From the NCBI GenBank assembly GCA_002245135.1, contig NGBS01000892.1, positions 1-64,000 of the forward strand: a stretch of 64,000 bases of DNA, written 5' to 3'. The notes under the pieces are model-generated. The model did not search any database. It was not told the DNA's origin and was given only the letters and a program-made list of their open reading frames with translations. Positions 8,290 to 18,938 of the stretch are shown here, one piece after another (position 1 is the first letter of the stretch; every line of letters begins with the position of its first letter). This DNA comes from Proteromonas lacertae (lineage: Eukaryota). The position numbers and the translations under genes were made by a program.

Positions 8290-9462
8290 TTATAAGTTCT
8301 TCATCATCTTCTCAAACTCTTCAGCTTTCTTTCTTTTCTCTTCTTCAATTCTCTTCTTAAACTCTTCTTCCATCTTCTTTTCTAATTCATCGTTTTCTTT
8401 TTTCATCTTTTCTTCCATTTGTCTCTTTTGTTCTAATACCCATTTCTTTCTTAACTCTTCTTGTTGTCTCATATTCTCTTCTTCTTGAAGCATTCTAATA
8501 ACAACTAATTCTTCTTTTCTTTTCTTTTCTGCTTCTTCTTGTTTTCTTTTTCTCTCTGCTTCTTCTTGTACTTTTCTAACTCTTTCTTCTTCTTGTTGTT
8601 TTTTCTTTTTTTCTTCATCTTCTTGTTTCTTTCTCTCAGCATCTTGATGTTTAATTTTCTCTTCTATCTCTTTTTGTTTTTCTTCATCTTTTTTAGTTAA
8701 TTCAGCATTAAAATACTTCAATTCAGCATCCAGTATATCAATATCAGTAACATCAAGAAGTGTAGTATCAGACCTTGGTGACATTGGAGGTGTAAAGGTA
8801 GGACTTTGGCTACTTAATAAATCATCAGCAGATGTTCTTGATTCAGTATCTTTCACAATTATACCCATTGGTTCATCAACAAAATCAGAATCCTTAACAA
8901 TCTTTCTTTTCTTTAAATGAATTAATTCATCATCACTATCAATAACTGCTTTTGTTTTAGGTTTCTTTACAGTATCAGTTCTTCTTTTATAAACTCTTTT
9001 AGGTTTTTGAGGTACAGTTGGTGGTGGTGGTTCTTGTTGTGGTTGTTGTTGTTGTTTTAACTGAGGTTGAATAAAAGGTTTAATCTGTTTTACATTTGGT
9101 TTTACTATACTCTTCATCTCATCGTCACTAAAGTATAAATTCATATACTCATTTTGATCTAATGTCTCTAGATGTTTAATGGGAATTAACTTCTGATTAT
9201 CAAACTTACATGAAAAGCAATAATAAACTGCTGTAGCTGACTTCTCTAATTCGATATAGTTGAATTGTGGTGGATTTTGTTTCTTCTTTGATTTTTTGCT
9301 GTCATCATAAGCCAAACTTTGAATATACATTTCGTCGCAAAATGTCTTTAAATGCTGGATATTACGACTCACTTTCTGATAGAACTCATAAGCCTGTCCC
9401 TTTAATGGGAGCTGGGAGCATAATTCTGAATTGGTTGGTTGTTTGACTCTGTCTGCTGGCAT
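8290..9462 (-). CDS. Intronless hypothetical protein with a long E/K/Q coiled-coil C-terminus
   Basis: 390 aa ORF. TGTTTGTT motif about 95 nt downstream on the same strand (8196-8189). Confidence 0.7.
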   Translation of the reverse strand: MPADRVKQPTNSELCSQLPLKGQAYEFYQKVSRNIQHLKTFCDEMYIQSLAYDDSKKSKKKQNPPQFNYIELEKSATAVYYCFSCKFDNQKLIPIKHLETLDQNEYMNLYFSDDEMKSIVKPNVKQIKPFIQPQLKQQQQPQQEPPPPTVPQKPKRVYKRRTDTVKKPKTKAVIDSDDELIHLKKRKIVKDSDFVDEPMGIIVKDTESRTSADDLLSSQSPTFTPPMSPRSDTTLLDVTDIDILDAELKYFNAELTKKDEEKQKEIEEKIKHQDAERKKQEDEEKKKKQQEEERVRKVQEEAERKRKQEEAEKKRKEELVVIRMLQEEENMRQQEELRKKWVLEQKRQMEEKMKKENDELEKKMEEEFKKRIEEEKRKKAEEFEKMMKNL

Positions 9463-9644
9463 TTTTGATTGAATGATTGAATAATTAATTTTCTATTAAA
9501 GTAAAAAAATGAAAAAAATAAAATACTGAAAATGAGTAAGAAAAGTGTGAATGAAAAAAAACGGTTTTTCTTTATGTAATTTTTAAGGGGGTGCAAAAAA
9601 ACAACTTTCAAAAATCAAATACGAAAAAAAGACTATATATAAAA

Positions 9645-10028
9645 TTAAATATTTATGATTGGTTTTTGAATTTCAATCTCAGGTTTATTAATAGGAATAA
9701 TTTCTATTTCTGTTTCTAATTGCTCTTCATCTTCATTATCACTAGCATTTCTAGAATTTATTCTACTATTTTCAGGTGTTAAAGTAAATGGAATAGCAGA
9801 AACAATAGTAGATTTTCTTAATGCTAATTGAACAGCAGGTTCTGGCTCAGCTAATATTTCACTTAATTCTGGAGGACAGGCTTTATGATAACACCATGCA
9901 CATATTCTCTTGCATTTATAAAGAATCCATAGAACTACACAACCTAATAAAATATACAGTTCTTGTTTCAAACCATTTAAAGTATCTTTCATATCACCTA
10001 ACATAACTAAAGATGTATTATATGGCAT
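9645..10028 (-). CDS. Small single-TM protein with a Cys-rich juxtamembrane segment
   Basis: LYILLGCVVLWILY followed by KCKRICAWCYHKAC. Confidence 0.6.
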   Translation of the reverse strand: MPYNTSLVMLGDMKDTLNGLKQELYILLGCVVLWILYKCKRICAWCYHKACPPELSEILAEPEPAVQLALRKSTIVSAIPFTLTPENSRINSRNASDNEDEEQLETEIEIIPINKPEIEIQKPIINI

Positions 10029-10136
10029 ATTATGTGAAATTATTTATATATAAAAACGCATAGAAATATAAAAATGAATTTTAAACCAAAAGTTAATTAA
10101 TTATACAAGTAGGTGATGTAGTTAGATCTACTGTAG

Positions 10137-10652
10137 CTACCCCCGGATAGAACTTGTAGGTGTTTCTACTTTAGCAATATCTACCTTTGGTCGACCCTCG
10201 GCGGTAGAACTACTCTCTACTTTACGCTTCTTATCTTCTCCACTATTATCACTTCCTTTCTTTACTTCTTCATATCTTCTCTTCTTCTTATTTCTACACT
10301 CTGTACAAGATTTATAGAATACACCTTCACTCTTATAACCAAATTCATCATTAGCTTTCTTCTTACCACAAGTACTACATATCTGTGAATCTGGATCTAA
10401 CTTTGTTATATCCTTTCTTTTTTTAGATTTAGATTCACTTTGTTTTTCTTCCTTCACTTCTTCTTCTTCCATTGTTATATCAATATCATCACCTGGTTGT
10501 TCACTCCATTCTGGATCATCTTCATACTCTTCAATCACAGAATACATACCATCCAACATATCCTTAAATACTTTAATAATTAATGATTTTACATCAGGCA
10601 TTTCATCTTGTAAATCAATACTAGCATCAAGTTCATTTTGTAAATCACTCAT
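10137..10652 (-). CDS. Acidic protein with a C4 zinc ribbon
   Basis: CSTC...CTEC pair. Confidence 0.65.
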   Translation of the reverse strand: MSDLQNELDASIDLQDEMPDVKSLIIKVFKDMLDGMYSVIEEYEDDPEWSEQPGDDIDITMEEEEVKEEKQSESKSKKRKDITKLDPDSQICSTCGKKKANDEFGYKSEGVFYKSCTECRNKKKRRYEEVKKGSDNSGEDKKRKVESSSTAEGRPKVDIAKVETPTSSIRG

Positions 10653-10784
10653 TTTAATTTATGTAAATTATTTCAAAAATCGCAAGAAATTTACGAATGA
10701 AAAGAATTATGTAATATTATGTTTATTTCTATTCAACCAATCAAAATTCAATTAAAGATCAATGAATTAACAATTATTAGTTAA

Positions 10785-11132
10785 TTAATTACGGGATGAT
10801 CGAAGTTTATATGGTAAAATGTTCTTTTCATCAATACCATAACGCTTTAACATCTTTGTTTTTCTGCGCTCTTCTTCAGGATCAACCCATTTTCTAGGAC
10901 GTATAGTTGCTTGTGCTACTCTAGTTGGTTTATGAATTGCACGCCATTCTTCATACTTTCTATCATCCTCATCAGCTGTATCAGAAGTATACCACATTAC
11001 TACTGGAGGTGATGGTTGAGCTACTATTCTAGCTACTTCACTTTCTATGATTGCATAGATTCTTTCAAAGTCTTCATCTTCTCGCTTATTTCTATCTTCT
11101 ATATTAACATTCTCGATCCAAATTCTTGACAT
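10785..11132 (-). CDS. Hypothetical charged protein (likely ATG at 11132)
   Basis: ORF MSRIWIEN...; co-oriented with the three downstream orphans. Confidence 0.55.
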   Translation of the reverse strand: MSRIWIENVNIEDRNKREDEDFERIYAIIESEVARIVAQPSPPVVMWYTSDTADEDDRKYEEWRAIHKPTRVAQATIRPRKWVDPEEERRKTKMLKRYGIDEKNILPYKLRSSRN

Positions 11133-11273
11133 TTTTTTGAAATTATGATTGTATAAAAACAATAAGAAAGAGTTAAATGAAATTATATACAAAAAACAAA
11201 AGAAAAATTTTAACCCATAAAATTACTCAAACACTAAAATATATAAAGAATTTTAAACTCACCGCTTCCTCCA

Positions 11274-11390
11274 GTATAACCCGTACCAAAAACTAATTTA
11301 CACTCAAATCGCTTATTCTTACCTGTAGAAGGCACCTAAGAATAGTCTGGTACGGTTTACCCACCTACAGTGATATTCTTACGGTTATAC
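11274..11390. repeat. Cluster of overlapping inverted repeats
   Basis: GTATAACCCGTA/TACGGTTATAC, CCGTACCA/TGGTACGG, TATTCTTA (x2)/TAAGAATA, CTGTAG/CTACAG. Confidence 0.7.
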
Positions 11391-12179
11391 ATATATAATT
11401 GAATAGCTTTTATAGATATTTTACTGTGTTATTTTATAATACTCTTACCCCCCCCAAAAAAAAATGATTCATTATTTAAGATGTAAGTGTAACAATATTT
11501 ATAAAAATATATCTTCTTTTTTCTTTTCTTTTGACTATTTTAAATTATACCAATGTAATAATTTACCAATCATTCATTACAATTGTTATATGTGTTGTAT
11601 TATTATAGTAATCATTCAATACAATTTACCAATAATTCTTTTTATTTATATAAATTCTGATTATTGAAAATGTATTTTTCATCAATTTCGTAATAATATT
11701 TCTAGAAGAAGAAAGAATAATTATCATCTTATTCTACAATAATTCTTCTAAAACCATTATCAACACTATTCCACTTTCATTTTTTATTTGTATTTTTCAT
11801 TTAATTTCTTTTCTTTCTCATATCATATTTCCAATCTTTGCTTCATCTAGGGCACCAACTACTATCTCATCATATTGATCTTCAAATCTTGCTAAATTCA
11901 TTATAAAGATATTATCTAATGTAAATGTCTTGGTTATTGCAATTATCTTTAAAGTTTTGAATTAATATTAAACTCTCTTTGAAATTATCAATCACTTCAT
12001 AATATACTAGAATTTTCATAAACAAAGTCTCTTATACGTTTATAAATTGTATAAATATGGGATATGGAGTAATAGTTTGAATAACATCTCAGTATTTAAT
12101 AATTCTTCTATCTTTTCATTCAACTTTTGTTTATTGAATATTTTCTACTGGAAATGCCCCAGTATCTACTGTTTGAGTT

Positions 12180-15100
12180 TCACCTGCTTCAATATCGATT
12201 TGGGTTGGTTCTATTGTGAATATTCCATCATCATTTTTCATTGACAAATCAATTGTTGATAAAGATGGATTGTTTTCTCTCATATTTATGTTTTTGCCTA
12301 TTAATAATTGACCAAATTCATAATATCCTTTGTTCTTTATTTATCTCTTACTTATTATTTGTTGTTCATTCTTTTGTTTTATTGATTTCATAAATATATC
12401 TTTCGGATTTTGATTAATTTTTGGATAATCACAAATACCACTGATTGGAACTTCATACGTTTTATCTTTATTAACTATCTCAAAGTGGAAACAATAGTTA
12501 AATTTATCAGTTTCTAAGTATTCAAATGTCACTTTTAATGGCAATTCTTCATCAAGTTCTAATTTCCATCTTGTGGTATTATTTTCATCTATTAATTTAT
12601 AATTACTTGTTGGTATTAAGGGTTTTCTTGGAATTTGCTTCTTAACTAATTGGAATACTACTGGAGGTGGAACTTTCCAATCTCCATATATATTAAACAA
12701 TGGAACTGTTTCTTTGATTTCTTGAATCATTATATCAATATCACTTTCACCATTGTTATTGATTATATCACATAATAAACCAACTCCAAATGGTGGAGGA
12801 GGAGGTGGTGGTGGTTTTTCTTTTTTACATTTCTATGAGTTTTTATCTCCTTTCTTATCAATTGATTTACTTCTTTTTCCTCCTTTCTTTGGATCAGGTA
12901 AAGCTGATCTTTCTTCTACTACTGGTTCTGGTTCTTCAGGTGGTGGTAATTCCACTGCCAATTTATCACCTACATTTCTTACTTCAGTTTGAATTACATT
13001 ATAATCTTTATATTATACAATAAGTTATTCCTCCTTGTACTTTGATTGGAATTGCTAAATTATATCTTCCATAAGGTAAATCAGATTTCGCTGTAATACT
13101 AGCTGTAAATGTCACTGTTGAACTTTCTGGTAATCTTTTCACTTCATCTGGAGTTAATGTATATCCACTCTCTTTTAAAGTTCTTCTTTCTATTCCGAAA
13201 TTCACTGGTAAATTACCTATGTTAGTTATTGTAAATGTCTTCGTCTTGCAATCAATTCGAACTACATTACCAAAATCTACTACAACCTAAATGTAAATTA
13301 GATATTTTCTTATTCGCCATTTTTGTTGTTTTGCCTGTTTTATTACTGATATTTGTTAAACCAGTTTCAGGTGTTTTTATAGTTTTATCAACTACTCCTT
13401 CACTTTTTGAACCATTTACAGATGTTCCATTTATTTCTTTCTCTTTTCGAGGTAAACATAAATCAACAGGATTTTGATTGTTTATTTCATCTAATAATAA
13501 ATCAATATAATATAATCTTAATGCTTCAAATTCTCTATCAACTGTGATTTGTAATCCTGTTGTATTCTTTCCTGAAGGTAATTTGTTCGTATTTGTCATC
13601 ATTTTAAGTGGAGAATCATTCTGTTGTGAATTCTTACTTCTGACAGAAACTGATTTTTGACTATTTACTCTTGCAGATCGCTGTTTCTTGTTTTCATCTT
13701 TTTCTTTTTCTTTAGATTTTTCTTCTTCTGCATTTGTATTTGCTACTGTTGGTTCTTCACTATGTGGTGCTAATTCTCCTTCTATTTTTGGTTCTGGTGG
13801 TAATTCTTTTAACCATGTGTTGGTGAATTAACTGGAACTCCATCTACAATTATTGGCTTTTCAGCTTCAACTGGTTTTTCTTTTTCTTCTTCTGTTGACG
13901 GTTGTTCTGGCTGTTGTTGTTGTCATGCTTCTTCTCCTTCAGTATTTATAATAGTGTTATTATTACTTTCATCTATTGAAGATTCTACTACTTCAGGTAA
14001 AGATGGTTGTTGTTTGATTGGTGATGGTAAAGCTGGAATGATAATGGATGTTCTGTATTGGATAATTCAATCAATCTATCAGCTTCTTCCAAGTAATGTT
14101 CCCAATTATCTGGTATTACCAATTCAGCATCATTCATTTTGATATTTGCATAAATACCTGTTATATAAAGTAGAAAATCTATTGGAACATAATGAGCTAT
14201 TTCTATTACTAATTTCTCTATTACTGAATCTGGAATTCCTACTCTCATTTTAACAGAGATTCTTTGTTGATCATGAGATGGAATTAATCCATTACATGGT
14301 GAAACACTAACTAAACCAGGTCGAGATACACTATCAGTTGAGATTTTAAATGGAAAATCTACTGAACCTGTATTAAATATATGAAAATCTCTTTCTTTTA
14401 CTTTCATATAAGGAATTCTACCAAAATCAATATTCTGTTTATCCAATCTATAAGATACTACAGAACTTTCACCTTTCATTTTGATATTATAAACTGGTCC
14501 TCCATCTACATAGCATTTACCCAATGTTCTTGATAATACATGTGGTATTCCAGAATATCTCAATTCCATTTCTTCACATTCACCTAGTTGTAAAATACCT
14601 TGAATTGGAGTTATTTCAAATACTTAATTGATTGGAGATGCTTGATTTTCAGTTTCATCTATTTCTAATTCCCAATGATAAGGACAAGGAATTGTTCGAC
14701 GATTTTCAGTTGAAAATAATAATGTTCTTTGAGAATTATTCAATAAACAACCTAAATCAAAATCATTTTGAGATAACCATGGAATTGAATCTTTCTGAGG
14801 ATGATCTTCATATCTTATATTCAATATTCCTTTTATTTTACATGAGATTTTATCATCTTTATAATTTGGATCAAATTCCACTGTCACATTCATTGATTCA
14901 TTTGGTTCTAAATGGAATTCATTCATACTCAATAATAATGGAGCTGCTATACTTATTATCACATCTAAACTCAATGTTGATATATTCTTAAATACAACTG
15001 TCTTACTTTGAACTTCGATTTTCTCTTCAGAACATTGAATTAATGGATTCATAAAATTCACTTTTACTTCGGTTTCTTTTGCTTCATTATTTCTTATTTC

Positions 15101-16700
15101 TCCATCAAATTTCCTCAAACAAGAAAACATTTTCATCATTTCACAGGGTTTTTCACAACTTCCAGATGTTACAAAACTTCAAGCAGTATTGGGTTTTAAT
15201 TCGATTGCATTGGGAGTTATAGTAAATATAGCTTCATAAGGTTTGAATTCATTTCACTTTCCATCTTTGATTTATTGGCTTTAAAAGATTTTTCTTTTTC
15301 TACTGCTGTTTGATTTATCCAAGTTAATCTTTGACTTCTTAAACCTCGGTTTCTAATAAAAATACTCTTTCGATTGTTCTGTTTGTGAATTGATCACCAA
15401 AATCAATTACATCTACTGGATCTTCTCAAAATATTGTTGTTATTATACATTTAGCTGTAACTGGAAGAATTTCACTATCTCCTTCAGTTGCTGCTATGTA
15501 TATTGTATCTTTATAAGCTGATACATCTTCCAACATACAACTAACTACTATCTTTTGAGATTCTTTACTTTGTAATATACCATCAACTATATCAGTATTA
15601 AAATAAAATCCTCGTTCAAAATCTAATTTATAAAAAGCTGGAATTGAAGTTGGATTAGTTATTGTAAATTCTTTTGTATGAGTATCTAAACAAGTTATAT
15701 CACCAAATTTTATATGATTTAAAGTAGATTTTATCACTGGTCCAAGTCCATTTGCTTCTAATACTAATACCAATGGAGGATATTGACTGCCAATTATTTG
15801 AATATATAATGGAATTCTCATATCACCTAATTTCTCAGGATTTAATTAAACTTTAATCATTTGAGTTGCCATTGGTCCAATTACACCTTTAGCTGGATCA
15901 GGGAAATAACTACCAATCGATTTACTTCTTTCATCTTGTTCTGTTTTCAAATTGAGCACTTAAATTGGATTTATTCTTTAATGTTAAAGTTCGATAATAA
16001 GTATATCTTAAATAACAATCTCCATATTTCAATGATTCTTCTTATAATTCTACTTCAGCTACTCGACATTCAGCACTTATTGGAATTGTTAATAAAGCTT
16101 CACCTACACTTTCAATATCAATTGCTAAACAATAATCATATACTTTTATTGTTTGAGATATGAAATTGATTTTGATTTTCTCTTCTCCTTCTGGTAATAC
16201 TGTTGCTACTGCTTGAATTATTTCGAATTCTTTGTTTAAGTAATTGCCATCTTGAGTAACTCGTAAATTGAATATAAATGGAACAGAGGAAGTATTTCTT
16301 AATATCAAATCAGTTGAGTTTAAAAATGCATAACTTACAATACCAAAATCTAGTTTATTCTTATTAAAGAAGAATGTTGGACCAACTACATGTCCTTTTA
16401 TTGTTAATACCACATTATTAGTTGCTCCTTTTAATGCAAATTCAAAATGATCACTAAATTCACCAAGAGTTGAACTTGTATAAGATACTTTGATTGTTAC
16501 ACTTTCTTCTATATCTAATTCACCTTGGTGGAGTAATTATTACATTTGGTTTAATTGATCCTTCATTGGTAAGTGATACTTCAACCAATATCTAAATCTT
16601 GAGCTTGAGCTTTTTTTCTTCTAATTAATACATTTTTTCTCCTAAAGTCTAAATCAACACTATTCTGCTGTATATTTGATATATTATTTTTTCTACTCTA
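12180..16700 (-). pseudogene. HYDIN: Decayed Hydin (axonemal central-pair protein) remnant
   Basis: Collinear fragments such as KGHVVGPTF...LDFGIVSY, VDGGPVYNIKMKGESS...IDFG, EIAHYVP, PPPVVFQLV and GICDYPKI. In-frame stops (e.g. 16042, 15846, 14624, 12341), frameshifts and large internal deletions. Confidence 0.8.
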
Positions 16701-16711
16701 TAATTGGGCCT

Positions 16712-16860
16712 AGTTAATCTTTGACTTCTTAAACCTCGATTTTCTATTAAAATGCGCTTTCAGCTTATCTGTTAATAAATTTATCACCAAAATCAATTAC
16801 ATCTACTTTATCTTCATAGAATAGTGATGCTTCTATACCTTTCGCTGTACATGATAGTAT
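16712..16860 (-). pseudogene. Second, diverged Hydin fragment matching about 15322-15470
   Basis: 27-nt identity 16712-16738 = 15322-15348 and 25-nt identity 16783-16807 = 15393-15417, both at offset 1390. Confidence 0.75.
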
Positions 16861-17194
16861 TATACAGTTTATAAATAATATAAAGTAAATATTTTGATAA
16901 TAATAATAATAATAATAATATATATATATATATAGTGCTTACATTTTGATTTTCTGATATTAAAAAAAAACTGTCAAGTTTGACAAGCTTGATTTTTCTT
17001 TTTTGAAATATCTTCATATCTTGATATAATATTTTAACATTCTTCAAAGTTTCTACTGAAATTCATTTTTTCTCTTTGACTGAATAAAAAAACATACAAA
17101 CAAAAAAGTTGAAGAAAATGAAATTTTAAATTAAAAATGACGTCAGAAGGGGTATAATTCTTAATTCCTGTGTAACTGACACTTCTCATTTAGA

Positions 17195-18862
17195 CATTAT
17201 ATGTCAATAAAAACATAAAATTTGGAATATTCATAATTTCTAGAATATATTTTAATAGTTTTTATTCAATATTATGACAATTAATAGTTACTCATAGATG
17301 TAGGTTATATGACAAAGTAAGTATAAAAGTAACAATTTTTCATCAAGACTAGTGAGAATATGTATATAGTTTGTTTTGAAAGTGTCTGGTAGACAAACGG
17401 CCAACTCTGACAAACAGCACACAACATCTCTTTCTTTTTACTGCTTTTTCAAGATATTTATCTAATGTAGTTTCTTTTATTGAATATGTTTCTTCAATTT
17501 CAGTGTTTATAAAATTCAATGAATTAATTAATAAACTTTTAGATTTTTCAAATTCTAAATCGCTAAACCCTAGAGTAATATGAAGAATGAATGATTTCAC
17601 TCTAGGGTCAACATGCAGCACAACAGAGGCAAATCACTATCATTACATATATTATTTAGTCTTTCTATCATATTAATTTTGATACTCTCAGCATATTCCT
17701 GTATAATACAATCTGTTTTGAACTCAAATAAAGTCTATTTATAATGTAATACAGCCATTCCCATAGTCATGTTTCTATCTTCCAATATCTTAGTAAGTTT
17801 GTATAATGGTTCGAGTATATCACATAGTTTATCTAGAATAACATACGCTATATTGGTAGGGGAAGGGATAAATTTTAGCAACTCATCTTCTTTTGGTTTT
17901 ATGGCATTAACTATACCTATAAGTTTTTCTTGGTTATACTGTTTAAGATTGTTTTTATATTCATTTGTTTTTCTTCATAATATTGATGTAATATTTCTTT
18001 ACTTTCATAAAATTTCTTTAACATAATATATAAACTATTCCACCGAGTTGTCGTTAAAGTAGGTATAAATAAATTGAGCTTATTTTTGTTTACGACGGTT
18101 CCTTGGTGGCTTATATCCTAATTTATTGCAGAATCTACGAAAATTACTACTGTCTAACACAGTAGTGCTTATATGATCGTAAGTGATGAAATCAAATAAG
18201 CTTTGTTCTATCTCATCATTGTTTATCTTTACATCTTCATCTACATAATTATGCGAACTAATTTGGTGAAGTTTGACAGCCTTTCCATTTTTCACGTTAC
18301 AAGCGTATCGAACACCACAAAACATGCAAATGCATTTATCAAGGCTTTTTATCTTTAACATATTATACCAAAAGTTTTTGTAGAAGTTAAAATTAAGATG
18401 TTTAAGCATATTTGCCTCTTTTAAGGCAATAACTTCACGAGCCGCTCCAATTGGTAAAACTATACTCCTAGAATATATAATGATAGATTATATTAGATAC
18501 ATTTATGATAATTTTAAGAAATGATTAATGTCAAGCTAAAAGTTTGCCATTTTTTCTTTCAAATTTTTATTATCATTCTATACTTTATATTACATATAAA
18601 ACACAATAGAATAACTCATTGGTAAGGTTAGATTCAATTATGAAGAAAGAAAAAGCGCATCGACCGACGATTAATTCGGTATTTTATAGAATGATATATA
18701 GAGCTTGAATTCAATATGTACAGTTAGATAATATTATTAATATCACATGTTTAGGAGGAGGTCAGCTAATAGTTACTACAGCCTGGTGTCGGTCAACATT
18801 TGTTTATTGACCTACCACCGATCGGTTTTCTCAGTCGGTCATGACCGATTTATACAACCCTG
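17195..18862 (-). mobile_element. Degenerate hAT DNA transposon
   Basis: Transposase remnants (C-x2-C BED-like, FRRFCNKLGYKPP, TTRWNS, LCDILEP, DPRVK). End CAGGGTTG at 18862 with ACCGA/TCGGT subterminal repeats. CATTTAGA at both 17187-17194 and 18863-18870 is a candidate 8-bp TSD; the left TIR is degenerate. Confidence 0.7.
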
Positions 18863-18938
18863 CATTTAGAAACACTTAGAAACAGCAATAAATAAACCAT
18901 ACAAAATTAAAAAAAAAAATAAACTAATGTATATTATT

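Larger units (their letters stand above)
1..11400. mobile_element. Partial Polinton/Maverick-like or Polinton-like-virus endogenous element (left part outside window; right boundary uncertain)
   Basis: Adenain-type maturation protease and Polinton-type rve integrases lie among compact, mostly intronless orphan ORFs. No pPolB, capsid or packaging ATPase is recognisable in the window, and no TIR was confirmed. Confidence 0.7.

Noticed and set aside
11445..11465. Telomere-like C-run
   Set aside because: Single C8/A9 homopolymer; no tandem telomeric repeat.
12341..16044. TAA reassigned to Gln (ciliate-type code) to explain in-frame stops in Hydin
   Set aside because: TAA terminates intact genes here (NNT, DLEC1, integrases), long ORFs have no internal TAA, and the region also has frameshifts and deletions.
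16814..17047. 77 aa ORF
   Set aside because: Runs through AT microsatellite and overlaps the Hydin fragment; no coding signal.
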